From assembly GCA_964016885.1 (NCBI GenBank), contig OZ024742.1, forward strand, positions 183,582,001-183,646,000: a stretch of 64,000 bases of DNA. The letters are read 5' to 3'. Both the position numbers and the translations under genes were made by a program. The stretch is from Eledone cirrhosa. Its lineage: Eukaryota. Shown here in pieces: positions 14,650 to 28,900 of the stretch; the stretch's first letter is position 1; each line of letters starts with the position of its first letter. The notes below the pieces were generated by a model. It saw only the letters and a list, made by a program, of their open reading frames with translations. It did no database searches and had not been told where the DNA came from.

Positions 14650-14815
14650 GAGGGTTGGCTGCCATGCTTTCTAGCATAGTTACCTCCCTTTACGGTCTGA
14701 GTTCAAATCCCGCCAAGGTTAACTTTGCCTTTCATCCTTACGGGGTCGATAAAATAAAGCACCAGTAATGTACTGGATAATTGCTGGCCTTGTGCCTAAA
14801 GTAGAAACAATTATT
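14650..14815 (+). mobile_element. tRNA-derived Deu/Nin-type SINE; a degenerate minus-strand copy lies at ~14465-14610
   Basis: B box GAGTTCAAATCCCGCC, domain TTTGCCTTTCATCCTTACGGGGTCGATAAAATAAAG, and 3' GCTGGCCTTGTGCCTAAAGTAGAAACAATT. Confidence 0.85.
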
Positions 14816-15870
14816 TCTTTATTGACCTCAAAAGGGCCCAGACATTGGGGACTATACAAGGACGAAGTCATCACAACAAAAAGTGGGGTTTACATCAAGC
14901 AAAGGAAAGAGGACATCACCGAAGTAAAACTAGCAGGAATAACTATAATAGACATTGTAATAAATATACATAACAACAGAAAAAATAGAGAAAGCAATAA
15001 CAGATGTCATTAAAGACAATTTCTTCAATAGCGGGGTTAATAATTTTTAGGGCAATTCCAGGGAGAAACTCCACACAAGGCTCCAGTTTACTCTGTTGCC
15101 TCACGGGCATTGAAAGTGTCCTCTCCCGGTTTCCTTCCCCCTACATTTCGTTCGCCCGCGTCAATCTTATCTTACCCATCTTTCATAAAACACATTAAAA
15201 GGCAGCAACTCCCTCTTCAAATGGAACTTGAAGAAGTTCAGGAAGATTACTGTCTTCAATCCTTTTAGAGTCACCATACAGCTTCCTTCACCATAGCTAC
15301 CAGATAGAGGAAGACTTACCACAACTCTCTTCTAAAAGAAGGTGGTGACTCAATCTTCACTGTACACCCGGCTAATAGCTTCATCGGCCCTACACGTGAG
15401 AGAAGTTGTTCGACTCAAGCCCACAACTCTGCAATGCATGAGCACTCCGACAGGTCCGGCTGTTGGCACTTCCGTGCCTGAAGAGCTTCTCTCGAACTAG
15501 AAGTATCACTTTGTAACATTATCATACCAGTGAGTTTTGGAAATTGACCATGATCACCGACATGAAAGCCCCCCCCCCCCCGTTCAGATTGTCCTCGTCA
15601 ACGCCCGAAGCTGCTCCCAAGCCTTCCACTAAGCCGCAAAAGAACGCAGAACGCAAGTGTTGTTTACTGTCCGTCTATCCTGTTGTTCAGCTGGTAAAGT
15701 ACCGTGAGCGCCAGACAACACTCTAAATATCAGTCACCCAACCTTGGTCTGTACTTCACCCACAACTCTAGCTCGACCAGGGAGACAAGCTGCGGTACGA
15801 TACATAGCACGAAAGGTGCCTACACTGGTTGAGCTTCACTTCCGCTGTCATCGTCGTTGCTAGACTTCAA
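14812..15870 (-). mobile_element. L1/Tx1-clade LINE 3' remnant (ORF2 C-terminus + 3'UTR)
   Basis: Minus-strand translation NFQNSLV..CYKVILLVREKLFRHGSANSRTC..AHAL..ELWA.VEQLLSRVG..YLVAMVKEAVW..NFFKFHLKR resembles the Tx1 zf-RVT region. Ends in AATAAAGAAATAA. Confidence 0.7.
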
Positions 15871-16081
15871 TTAGTTCCACATTTACATTAGCAATTGCAC
15901 ATGTATGCACATAATAATAATAATTATAATAATCTCCGCCACCATCACCATCACCATCAGCATCGTTAACACCATCAATATTACAAGTAAGGCTAACACT
16001 AACACTTCCGACGTCACCAACAGGACTACCGTGACCATCACAACAACGAATATAGCCTTGGTGTATGTTATCATCATACTA

Positions 16082-16450
16082 ATAATTGTTTCTACTATTG
16101 GCACAAGACCAGCAATTACCCAGTACATTACTGGTACTTTATTTTATCGACCCCCGTAAGGATGAAAGGCAAAGTTAACCTCGGCGGGCGGGATTTGAAC
16201 TCAGACCATAAAGGACCGTAACTCTATGCTGCAAAGCATGGTGTCCGACTCTCTACCGATACTGCCAATAATTGTTTCTACTTTAGGCACAAGGCCAGCA
16301 ATTATCCAGTGCATTACTGGTACTTTATTTTATCGACCCCGTAAGGATGAAAGGCAAAGTCAACCTTGGTGGGATTTGAACTCAGATCGTAAAGGGACGT
16401 AACTATGCTGGAAAGCATGGCGTCCGACCTTCTACCGATACTGCCAATAC
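16082..16450 (-). mobile_element. Two tandem tRNA-derived Deu/Nin-type SINEs
   Basis: Two consecutive reverse-complement copies of the SINE consensus. Confidence 0.9.
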
Positions 16451-16803
16451 TGCCAATAATGATGATGAATCCTCCGTCACCGTTGATAATGATGGACATT
16501 CAGTCGATCAATCACCTGAACACCCTAATGTATGTGCAAGTGGTTGAGTATTCCCTAAATACATGTACTCTTATGTGACATACTTGAGATGACTCAAGGC
16601 TAAGGCATTTGACCAATATACAACGCAGTGGGATCGAACTCGGTCATGATGTGTGGTTATATTGTAGATCTATGAGTAACATATAAGATATGAAGTAGAG
16701 TTAATCTATCTATAGAATATGAGAGTTTTAGTTGTGTGGCCATGGTGAGTGGTGAGGTAGTGTTTTATGTACTTTCTTCATATGTTTAATAACTCTATCT
16801 GAT

Positions 16804-17426
16804 CTGTGGTTCACAAACTGTGCGGCTCGGTACACTGGTGTATCATCCATTTTTCTCTAATATCTTGGATCGAAAGATTCTTAGCATACATCATTCACCT
16901 AACCCCATTCTGTTAACCTGGTGTAATGCAGGATTCATTTATATCTCCCACGACGGGATAACATACGTATAAGACACTTTAAATCTGTTGGAGCCCACCC
17001 TCTTTCCAGGTCTGAACACATCCGATTTCTTCCCCGATGTGTAATTATGTGCGCCATAAAAGTGTTAAAATTTTATCTCAAAATGTGAAACATACAAATT
17101 CAAACACGCAATAAAGTTCAATGTGAGGAAACAACTATATTAAAAATTAAGAATAAAAACATTACCCCCCCCCCCCCCCCCAAAAAAAAAAAATCCACCG
17201 AACACATGTTCCTCATTGATAAGCGATAAGCTTGCTCCAGTTATTGATTATGGAAAAAAGACAATATTTCTGTATTTTCAATTATCTGTATTTTTACTTT
17301 ATGCTATGCTAACATGTATAATTACCACTTTTGAATAGATTTTTCAATTTAAGTAGAAAGAGCGCCAAAATATTTTTACTTGTTCTAAAGTGTACCGTGG
17401 GTAAAAAATGAGTTAGTGAACTACTG
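16804..17426. mobile_element. Non-autonomous hAT (Charlie-type) MITE
   Basis: Imperfect TIRs CTGTGGTTCACAAACT / AGTTAGTGAACTACTG. Confidence 0.55.
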
Positions 17427-18022
17427 GACAAGATTACCACTGTTGAAGGAGTTTAGATATTCATACCCTCTTTGTAGAGTATATCTTAGGTCAATCGTCA
17501 TAGAAGTTGTGTAGAGCATATGTAGAGTATACGTAGGTTATATCTTAGGTCTATCCTTCATAGCCGTTATTTACTTCCTGGCGATTGATGTCTAGATCAT
17601 GTGCAGATGATAGAAGAATGTTAGAGATAACAACAAGCAACTCTTTATTATATCGAATTAAGTGAATTGGAGGATCCTTAGAATGATGGATAAAATGATC
17701 TGTGGTATTTGTTATGGCACTTTGCTCTTTGAGTTCAAATCCTCCCGAGGTCGATAAGAACAAGTAGCATGCCAGTACTGAGGCCGATTCCCCCTCTAAA
17801 TCTCTTTTTCACTACTTCTCTATCACACACTCCTTCTTTAGATGAAATCGGTGTGTTCAGACCTGGAAAGGGGGTGGGCTCTACCATATTTAAAGTGCCC
17901 TATACGTATGTTATCCCTTTGTGAGATATAAATGAACCCTGCATTACACCATGTTAACAGAATGGGATTAGGTGAATGATGATCTTTCAATCCAAGAAAT
18001 TAGAGAAAAATGGATCATACAC
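16837..18022. repeat. Diverged ~190-bp inverted repeat pair (16837-17030 / 17843-18022)
   Basis: For example CCAGGTCTGAACAC vs GTGTTCAGACCTGG, and CATTCTGTTAAC vs GTTAACAGAATG. Confidence 0.8.
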
Positions 18023-18308
18023 CCTTTAAATAATTTACTGTTAGTGAAAGTAATAAAGTTATCAAGAGCACGAAACCACTTATTGGGGATATATTCAGTC
18101 ACTTGGTTTAACACCACCAACTGGTCCTTGGCTAACTTTAGCGGAGTCTGTTCCTTTGCAAATAATAAGATTAAATCTCTGGTTTCTCCATCCCTTCGTT
18201 TCTCCATCCCTTCAGTTTCAGAGGCCTTGAAAATTGTTATGGGCAATGCTATTCCAGTCCTATTGGAAAACCCCAATATTACCATACATATACTATATAT
18301 ATATAGAT

Positions 18309-18345
<37 letters not shown>

Positions 18346-18346
18346 A

Positions 18347-18378
<32 letters not shown>

Positions 18379-18664
18379 TTGTTTGTTTGTATGTAGCAAT
18401 ATCCGTAGGTGTGAAAAGAAAAAAAATAGGAAAACACTGCTCAATCGGGAAGAGAGCTGAAATGTTATATTATTTTATTTATTTGTGTTCATACACGGAA
18501 CAAAAGCACTACCCAAGGTTTCAAGACCCACATTTAACCATACCTCCAGAATACAAGAGGCATCAAATTTGTGACCTTTCTTCAAGCGTTTATACGAATG
18601 ACTAGTAAAACCATTATTCAACTTAATACTCTATATTTAAGTAAAGTATAGTATAGAATCTATA

Positions 18665-21120
18665 TTATACTTCTCAACGTGGTCCAGGTGGACCACCGGT
18701 GGTCCACATAGCATTTCTAGTGGTCCACAGAGAATTCGTAGCCATAAAAAAATTGTAGCCATTTCACAAAAATGTAACTAATATAATATTTTGTTTAATT
18801 ACACACATGTCCATTATATTTGAAAATTTCGAAATTACGTAGGTATTATGCAGTGCTATATTTATTTCATTTTTTTTATTCATATAAAAAATGGTACTTG
18901 TAACGAATGTACGTACCGTGAAATCTTCTTCGTTGATAACTAAAACGGACAGACAGACGGACATTCGGCAAATTATAGTAAGATATTCAAGAGAATAGCA
19001 AAGACTCGGTACATATATCCGCCACAAGGGCCAATAGAACACTACACAATATTGTTTGATAATAAATTTGATATTTCTAATTTATAGAAATAAAGTATTT
19101 ATTTTTTTTTTTTTTTCATATCAGTTGTAAGAATGTCTGAACCAACTGCTAAAAAGGCAAAACTGAGGAATTACACAGAAGAATTTATCATGTTTGGCTT
19201 TGTATTTGTAAACTCATAACCTATGTGTCTTGAATGTGGTGCCATCTTGACAAATCATTCCATGAAGAAAGTTAAGCTGGAGCAGCACCAGAAATCAAAG
19301 CATCCATCATCTGTTGGTAAAGATAGGGAATATTTTGAGAATAAAAATAAAAGACAGCCAGTCAAACTATCCGACTTTGTAAAGAAGACGAATTCTGCAA
19401 AAGCAAAGACACTCAAACCAAGTTATTTGGCCTCTGAAATTATTGCCAAGGTTGCAGCACCTCAGATTTATGGTGTGAAGCTTGTCAAGCCTTCTATGAT
19501 AGCTTGTGCAAATGAGGTTCTGGGAAAAGATGCTGCATCTACCCTGAGTACAATTCCACTTTCAAATGACACTATTACAAGAAGACAGGATGAAATGTCT
19601 AATTTTGTTGAGGAGAAGATGGTGGAAATTCTGCAAAAGACAAAGTTTTCTATCCAGGTTGATGAGAGCACAATTCATAACCAAGCTATCCTTCTGGTCT
19701 ATGTCAGATTCATCCATGATATAAGGGAAGAAATGTTATTCATTAAAAGTTTGCCTGAAACTACTAATGGAGAAGATATATTCAATGAAGTAATGCAGTA
19801 TTTTAATGATAAAAATATTCCATTGACTAATTTGATCAACATTGCATCAGATGGAACTGCAGCCATGACTGGAAAAGTGAAAGGCTTTGTTTCTAGAATG
19901 AAATCAGTTGCTCCTCACATCTTTTATATACATTGCATTATCCACAGACAGCATTTGGTTGCTAAGAATATTGGAGGAGACATGCAAGAAGCACTCAACA
20001 CTGCCATACATGCAATTAACTTTGTAAAATCAAACTCAGTGAATAATAGATTTTTTGTGCAATTCTGTGAAGATGAAAATTTTAAAACCCTATTGCTTCA
20101 CACAGAAGTAAGATGGTTGTCAAAAGGCCTGAGCCTTGAAAGACTAGTGAATTTGTGGGAACCATTAACCAACTTTCTCATGTTCAAGTCCCAAATGACT
20201 CATTACAACTCCAAGAAGCAAGCTGATACAGCGAAGGAAATTTTGGAAAGACTTCCTGAGTTTAAATCAAAAATATTCTACCTGAGTAATATTTTTAAAA
20301 CAGTGAATCTGTTTAACTTGGAGCTGCAAGGAAGAAGATCAGATTTAGTCACCTGTGCTCAGAAGATAAAAGGCTATATGGGGAAATTGAAATTTTGGAA
20401 AAAACAGTTTGAGAAAAAAAATTTAGCATCATTTCAAAATTTCAACACCACTGCTCCTACATCAGAATGCATTGCTGCATGCATTACCCATCTTGAAGGT
20501 CTTCATGTAGACTTTGAGAGAAGATACAATGATCTATTAAAGATGGATTATCCACTTTGGTTTGTAGACCTAGAAAATTATGAGCCAGGAGATGAAAATG
20601 TTGAGTTGGCTGAAATGTTGTTGGACTTGAAAGAGAATGTAAAACTGAGAAGAGTTGACAAAGAAGGTGTCATTGCCTACACATCGATAAAGGACTGACA
20701 CCCAAATATTTTTCAACATGTAGAAGCAAGCATCATTTCTTTCCCTACCACATGGATGGTGGAATCTGGATTTTCAGCTGTTGTGGATGTTTTCAGTAGA
20801 AAAAGAAATAAATTAGATCTCAACAGCAGAGGAACTATCAGACTAAGACTGAATGACTTCATCAAATTTATTATGATATCTTGTGTCAGAAACACCAAGA
20901 TCAAGGTAGTCACTAGCTGAATGGACTAAAACTGAATGACTTCATCAAAATTGATTTTGATATCCTGTGTTTATCCTTGTTTACTAAAATAAATTTTAAA
21001 GTGTAAATAGACTATTTTGTCTTTTCATTAAGTATTTTAGTGTGAAAATGGAACAGCTTAAAAGTAAAAGTAGGAGTGAAGAAAAAATGGTCCATGGGCT
21101 GAAAATGTTGAGAAGTACTG
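18665..21120 (+). mobile_element. hAT superfamily (Buster/Charlie/SPIN-like) DNA transposon, near full length
   Basis: TIRs TACTTCTCAAC.. / ..GTTGAGAAGTACTG, subterminal GGTCCA motifs, and an internal transposase. The right flank GCATAGAT fits nnnTAnnn. Confidence 0.9.
19133..20917 (+). pseudogene. hAT/Buster transposase with premature stops (largest open part 19223-20698)
   Basis: MSEPTAKKAKLRNY..FGF..*PMCLEC..HQKSKH (BED finger), FSIQVDEST, ASDG, HCIIHRQHL, HTEVRWLSKG. After TGA at 20696 the frame continues with FPTTWMVESGFS..KRNKL (dimerisation region). Confidence 0.9.
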
Positions 21121-21188
21121 GCATAGATATTATTATATGGTTTCTTTGTTCTTTGGTTAAGCTTGTACCGTTTCGATACTAAATGACA

Positions 21189-21242
<54 letters not shown>

Positions 21243-21408
21243 ATATATATATGTTTTATGTGTTACGTAATTCCAAAGGAAAAGCAAAGGAAAAAAGAGT
21301 GCTCTATGTATAGAACAGAGCTATTTAATTAGAAAGTGAACACAAAATATAACTACTCCATTACCAAAGGTTTCTGGATCATAGACGATAATACTATAGA
21401 CGTCTGGA

Positions 21409-21480
<72 letters not shown>

Positions 21481-22249
21481 GAAGTTAATATGCCCACGGG
21501 TACTAAGTACCTCTGGAAATATATAGGGTGTCTATGAAACAGGGTTGTTCAATGGTATTACTTTGACATACCAGAACTATAATATTGAGAGAAGCAGAAC
21601 AAGCAAAATTCAAACAATTTTTTTAAAAAATTTAAAAAATAAAATTTAAATATTTACCCACTCCAGTGATTTTACTGATCAGTTTCACTTCACAAAACAT
21701 TAGAAATCCATGGGATCTCCAATGGGTCTTTGTGTGTATGTTTGTGTGTGTAATGGATGAGGTTCTACGAATCCATTCCAATGGTCACTTAGTAGGGAAA
21801 TTAACTCAAACTGAGAGACATAGGCAAGAGATAGTTAGTAAAGTAAGATGCTTTCCGCTTCTATTGAATCATGTTTCTACAACTTTTTTGATAAAAATGA
21901 AAATATCCAAGAATTCCTTTATGATATCTGATTGGAAGAAGATATAGAAATCAAGAAATTGCCATAAGACTAATTTTGGATATGACTCGGAATAAATAAA
22001 CAAGACCATTATCAATACCAGAGAATAATAGAAAACATTAAATAACTATATTTATAATCGTATTAACCATTTTGTTATTATATTTCTATTAATGTATGTA
22101 TCGACTCGTAACTCCTGATAGAGTCTTAATTTCTATTAATGTATGTATCGACTCGTAACTCCTGATAGATTCTTAGGAGCGCCGTAGTGACATTTAAAAC
22201 AAGAGCCCATCCTTTCTCCAAGTCGAAACACAGTTGATTTCTTCCAGAT

Positions 22250-22298
<49 letters not shown>

Positions 22299-22669
22299 TG
22301 TAGATGAAGAAGTGACCCCATTACCGGCAGGATTTGAACTCAGGACATAAAGATCCATAACAAATACTGTAAAACATTTTATTCGATGTTCAAACGATTC
22401 GCCCAATCTACCGTCTATAATAGAAATAGTGTTAATTGTTTGAAATAATCTTTTTTCTCCGTATCCATTTAACAAAAATTGGCAAAGGTGGACGAAAGAA
22501 AGTATTCAAAAATCTTTCGCCTAGTCAGTAAGTTAGGTCAGTCAAACATAGTCTCTCACAACCGAGAGACAGCCCAAGATATATGCAAATGCTGACAATG
22601 CGTTTCCAGTTTATAACTTTGATTTATGCCATGGGATATATGGGTAAAAATAAAAAAAAAAGGCTGAGA

Positions 22670-22705
<36 letters not shown>

Positions 22706-23067
22706 TGACCTGATTGTTCATACCCAAAAGACTTACACACAAACGAGTACACTGACGCATATAGCTAAATCTTCACGTACCTAAAATTATAAATTACAGA
22801 CGCACTGAAATTATTTCGACACATCGCCAGAAATACTACGTACATACATCTGTATAAACATGAAAAAGGCGGTGAAAAAATGCTGAAGGAAAAAAATGAT
22901 TCTATGAATTCATAACCTTAAGCAGATGCATAAGTAACATCGAATCTTATCAAGATTTCTTTGGGGAGAAAGGGAACACAATCGGTACAACTGTATTGTG
23001 TACACACCCTTTCCTTACTATGTTTATATGGAAACAAACCGCCTGTCGTCTTTCAAATAATTTAGAA

Positions 23068-23253
23068 AATAATTGTTTCTACTTTAGGCACAAGGCCAGC
23101 AATTACTCAGTGCATTACTGGTACTTTATTTTATCGACCCCGTAAGGATGAAAGGCAAAGTCAACCTCGGCTAGATTTGAACTCAGATCGTAAAGGGACG
23201 TAACTATGTTGGAAAGCATGGCGTCCGACCCTCTACCGATACTGCCAATCCAC
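23068..23253 (-). mobile_element. tRNA-derived Deu/Nin-type SINE
   Basis: Reverse complement of the SINE consensus, with A and B boxes. Confidence 0.9.
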
Positions 23254-23356
23254 CTTGAAAATAATGAAAAATTTGAAGGGATTTAGAAATTATTTCTTCA
23301 AGTCTGTTACTTTTTATCGACTCTTTTTATCAAATCGCATAAGATATCACACACAC

Positions 23357-23475
<119 letters not shown>

Positions 23476-23482
23476 AAGACCG

Positions 23483-23528
<46 letters not shown>

Positions 23529-23819
23529 CGGTCTTCTGTGCAGTTTCCTGCTATCAAATTTAATTCAGAAGGCATTGGTAACACGGTATGAGAGAGAGGG
23601 AAAAAAAGAAGACGAAGGCATTTCTGTTTTTGTTTAATTCTATGAAAGCTTGTTGGAATTACAAGTGAATTCTGAGACTCAGACATTTAGTTATGCAATA
23701 GAGCTTACATTGTCGAGGGGACACCAATCTATTGGCTATTTGTATACAAGTACAAAATGGTGCTATGACTACATCACGTGAAACATTAAAGCCTGTACGC
23801 TGACACTGCCTATTTTCAC

Positions 23820-24975
23820 AGCAGTCCACTGCTTAAGATACTATAAAAATTTGAATTGACAAATCTGGTTTTAGATATTTTCTGGTAAATCATTACAGAA
23901 TGTTAAGAGTCAATTAACAACAACACATACATAACATTATTTTTGGTGAATTGGCAGTATCGGTAGAGGCTCGGGCATGCTTTCCAGCATAGTTACGTCC
24001 CTTTATGATCTGAGTTCAAATCCCGCCGAGGTTAACTTTGCCTTTCATCCATACGGGGTCGATAAAATAAAGTACCAGTAATGTACTGGGTAATTGCTGG
24101 CCTTGTGCTAAAAGTAGAAACAATTATGTTTAGCACAAATGAGAGTGCTTCAATTGCAGTTTAATACTGCAAATTTTCGCAATAATTTGTCTCTTAGTAA
24201 AGTTACTATAAACATTTGAATTAACAAACCTGCTTTTAGATATTTTTTGTTAAACCATTACTGGATGTTAAGAAATAATACTGGTAATTTTCCCAATAGT
24301 CCGTCCACTAGTAAAAACATAAACATTTGAATTAACACACCTGTTTTTATATATTTTTCAATTGCCAATGCCTTACAGGATGATAAGAGATAATGCTGCT
24401 AATTTTCACAAATATACTATAAACATTTGAATTAACAAATCTATCTTTAGATATTAAAAAATAATATGCAAATTTTCCCAATAATCTGACCATTTGAATC
24501 AACAAATCTAATTTAGATATCTTCTGTTAAATCATTACAGGATATTAAGAGATAATATTACAAACTTCCCAGCATTAAAGATACTATAAACATTTGAATT
24601 TACGAATGTGTTCTTAGATATTTTCTATGAAATAATTACGTGTTGTTAAGAGATAATCATGCGAATTCCTCAGAAATCTGTCCCCCAGTGAAAATACTAC
24701 AAACAATTGAATTAACAAATGTTTTTAGATATTTTGTGAAGTCATTACAGGCTAATTTCCTTACAATCTATCCACCAGTAAAGATAATATAAACATTTGA
24801 ATTAACAAACCTGTTTTAAAATATTTTCTGTTAAATCATTAACAGGGTGTAAAGAAATAGTAACGTAACGTTTCATAAAAACCTGTCCAATAGTAAAGAC
24901 ACTATAAATGTTTGAAATGACAAGCCTGTTTTTAGATATTTGCTGTGAAATCATTCATACAGAATGTTAAGTGTT
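23820..24975. repeat. Old degenerate ~100-120 bp tandem repeat
   Basis: Recurrent ACTATAAACATTTGAATTAACAAA..TTTTAGATATTTT..AAATCATTACAG..TTAAGAGATAAT units, interrupted by a SINE. Confidence 0.85.
23945..24126 (+). mobile_element. tRNA-derived Deu/Nin-type SINE
   Basis: A box TGGCAGTATCGG, B box GTTCAAATCC, conserved domain and tail. Confidence 0.9.
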
Positions 24976-25217
24976 AAATAGAAATAAAAAGGGAAGAAAA
25001 TATACAATGAATAGATAAAAATAAAAGAGAAAAAACTAATAACTCCAACTGTTTAATGCTTTTGTTATGCCTTAATGTTATTTAGCAGGAATAATAGGAA
25101 AGATTCGTAGCATTTATTTAGTGTGAAATAAACATTGACTCACATAACTGATTGGTCGTGGCTTTGTTTTTATCAGACATAGATAATACACACTTCTGAA
25201 AAGACGAGAACATTGAT

Positions 25218-25289
<72 letters not shown>

Positions 25290-25611
25290 TAAGTGTATTT
25301 ACGCGTGTGTGTAAGTGTATATTTACACATGTGTGTATAAGTATGCATTTACACATGTGTGTATAAGTGTGTATTTACACACGTGTTTATCAGACATAGT
25401 TACACACATCTGAGAAGGGTAGTATATAGATAGTGTGTGTATAAATGTGTGTCTTTACGCATGTGTTTGACAGATATAGATACTCACATATATAGTATAT
25501 GTGTATAAGTGTGTGTCTCTACCCATGTGTTTATCATATACACAGCTGAAAAGTCTAGTGTACATAAGTGTGAGCTTTTGCTTTATTTTACTCAGAAATA
25601 GACACACATTT

Positions 25612-25889
25612 GTATCGGAACGTCAGCAACCAGTCTGAAGAACGAGCCCCACGAAGTGGGGTCGCTGTCCATTGTCCGGGGAAATGCTTTTGCGGTTTTG
25701 TCAGCGGGCCCGAGCCCCAACATCACCGCGCCCTAGGTCTAGAGCCCATCACCCTCCCTCTTCCCTCTGTCATTCTTCTGTGACCCTAAAACCCCCGCTC
25801 TGCCCTTCATTTCCCGTTTTAAAATGTCTATTGTGTTGTTATTTGAAATAGATTTCTTTATGATTTTTTAATTTTTTTTAATTAATAAA
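25612..25889 (+). mobile_element. 5'-truncated CRE-type non-LTR retrotransposon 3' end
   Basis: GTCGCTGTCCATTGTCCGGGGAAATGCTTTTG (..SLSIVRGNAF) matches the 41490-42260 element. AATAAAA tail; 8-bp direct repeat ACACATTT at 25604-11 and 25890-97 (TSD). Confidence 0.7.
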
Positions 25890-25905
25890 ACACATTTAGC
25901 TGATG

Positions 25906-28900
25906 AATATAGATAGTATGTGTGTCTAGAGTGTGTTTACGGCTGTGTCTGTCAGACAGGAACACGTCTGTAAAGGTTACAATATAGATAGTATGTGTGT
26001 CTAGAGTGTGTTTACGGCTGTGTCTGTCAGACAGGAACACGTCTGTAAAGGTTACAATATAGATAGTATGTGTGTCTAGAGTGTGTTTACGGCTGTGTCT
26101 GTCAGGCAGGGACATGTCTGTAAAGGTTACAATATAGATGGTATGTGTGTCTAGAGTGTGTTTACGGCTGTCTGTCAGACAGGAACATGTCTGTAAAGGT
26201 TACAGTATAGATAGTATGTGTGTCTAGAGTGTGTTTACGGCTGTGTCTGTTAGACAGGAACATGTCTGTAAAGGTTACAATATAGATAGTATGTGTGTCT
26301 AGAGTGTGCTTACGGCTGTGTCTGTCAGACAGGAACACGTCTGTAAAGGTTACAATATAGATGGTATGTGTGTCTAGAGTGTGTTTACGGCTGTGTCTGT
26401 CAGACAGGAACACGTCTGTAAAGGTTACAATATAGATGGTATGTGTGTCTAGAGTGTGTTTACGGCTGTGTCTGTCAGGCAGGGACACGTCTGTAAAGGT
26501 TACAATATAGATGGTATGTGTGTCTAGAGTGTGTTTACGGCTGTGTCTGTCAGACAGGAACACGTCTGTAAAGGTTACAATATAGATAGTATGTGTGTCT
26601 AGAGTGTGTTTACGGCTGTGTCTGTCAGGCAGGGACACGTCTGTAAAGGTTACAATATAGATAGTATGTGTGTCTAGAGTGTGTTTACGGCTGTGTCTGT
26701 CAGGCAGGGACACGTCTGTAAAGGTTACAATATAGATGGTATGTGTGTCTAGAGTGTGTTTACGGCTGTGTCTGTCAGACAGGAACACGTCTGTAAAGGT
26801 TACAATATAGATAGTATGTGTGTCTAGAGTGTGTTTACGGCTGTGTCTGTCAGGCAGCAACACGTCTGTAAAGGTTACAATATAGATAGTATGTGTGTCT
26901 AGAGTGTGTTTACGGCTGTGTCTGTCAGACAGGAACACGTCTGTAAAGGTTACAATATAGATAGTATGTGTGTCTAGAGTGTGTTTACGGCTGTGTCTGT
27001 CAGGCAGGGACACGTCTGTAAAGGTTACAATATAGATGGTATGTGTGTCTAGAGTGTGTTTACGGCTGTGTCTATCAGACAGGAACACGTCTGTAAAGGT
27101 TACAATATAGATAGTATGTGTGTCTAGAGTGTGTTTACGGCTGTGTCTGTCAGGCAGGAACACGTCTGTAAAGGTTACAATATAGATAGTATGTGTGTCT
27201 AGAGTGTGTTTACGGCTGTGTCTGTCAGACAGGAACACGTCAGTAAAGGTTACAATATAGATAGTATGTGTGTCTAGAGTGTGTTTACGGCTGTGTCTGT
27301 CAGGCAGGGACACGTCTGTAAAGGTTACAATATAGATGGTATGTGTGTCTAGAGTGTGTTTACGGCTGTGTCTGTCAGACAGGAACACGTCTGTAAAGGT
27401 TACAATATAGATGGTATGTGTGTCTAGAGTGTGTTTACGGCTGTGTCTGTCAGGCAGGGACACGTCTGTAAAGGTTACAATATAGATGGTATGTGTGTCT
27501 AGAGTGTGTTTACGGCTGTGTCTGTCAGACAGGAACACGTCTGTAAAGGTTACAATATAGATAGTATGTGTGTCTAGAGTGTGTTTACGGCTGTGTCTGT
27601 CAGGCAGGGACACGTCTGTAAAGGTTACAATATAGATAGTATGTGTGTCTAGAGTGTGTTTACGGCTGTGTCTGTCAGGCAGGGACACGTCTGTAAAGGT
27701 TACAATATAGATGGTATGTGTGTCTAGAGTGTGTTTACGGCTGTGTCTGTCAGACAGGAACACGTCTGTAAAGGTTACAATATAGATAGTATGTGTGTCT
27801 AGAGTGTGTTTACGGCTGTGTCTGTCAGACAGGAACACGTCTGTAAAGGTTACAATATAGATAGTATGTGTGTCTAGAGTGTGTTTACGGCTGTGTCTGT
27901 CAGGCAGGGACACGTCTGTAAAGGTTACAATATAGATGGTATGTGTGTCTAGAGTGTGTTTACGGCTGTGTCTATCAGACAGGAACACGTCTGTAAAGGT
28001 TACAATATAGATAGTATGTGCGTCTAGAGTGTGTTTACGGCTGTGTCTGTCAGGCAGGAACACGTCTGTAAAGGTTACAATATAGATAGTATGTGTGTCT
28101 AGAGTGTGTTTACGGCTGTGTCTGTCAGACAGGAACACGTCAGTAAAGGTTACAATATAGATAGTATGTGTGTCTAGAGTGTGTTTACGGCTGTGTCTGT
28201 CAGACAGGAACACGTCTGTAAAGGTTACAATATAGATGGTATGTGTGTCTAGAGTGTGTTTACGGCTGTGTCTGTCAGACAGGGACACGTCTGTAAAGGT
28301 TACAATATAGATGGTATGTGTGTCTAGAGTGTGTTTACGGCTGTGTCTGTCAGACAGGGACACGTCCGTAAAGGTTACAATATAGATGGTATGTGTGTCT
28401 AGAGTGTGTTTACGGCTGTGTCTGTCAGGCAGGAACACGTCTGTAAAGGTTACAATATAGATAGTATGTGTGTCTAGAGTGTGTTTACGGCTGTGTCTGT
28501 CAGACAGGAACACGTCTGTAAAGGTTACAATATAGATGGTATGTGTGTCTAGAGTGTGTTTACGGCTGTGTCTGTCAGACAGGGACACGTCTGTAAAGGT
28601 TAAAATATAGATAGTATGTGTGTCTAGAGTGTGTTTACGGCTGTGTCTGTCAGACAGGGACACGTCTGTAAAGGTTACAATATAGATAGTATGTGTGTCT
28701 AGAGTGTGTTTACGGCTGTGTCTGTCAGGCAGGGACATGTCTGTAAATGTTACAATATAGATGGTATGTGTGTCTAGAGTGTGTTTACGGCTGTGTCTGT
28801 CAGGCAGGGACATGTCTGTAAATGTTACAATATAGATGGTATGTGTGTCTAGAGTGTGTTTACGGCTGTGTCTGTCAGAGAGGGACATGTCTGTAAAGGT

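Noticed and set aside
17968-18444. 158-aa and 124-aa ORFs as host exons
   Set aside because: They run through microsatellite and repeat sequence and show no recognisable domain.
22082-22170. Local ~48-bp tandem duplication
   Set aside because: An ordinary slippage duplication with no sign of function.
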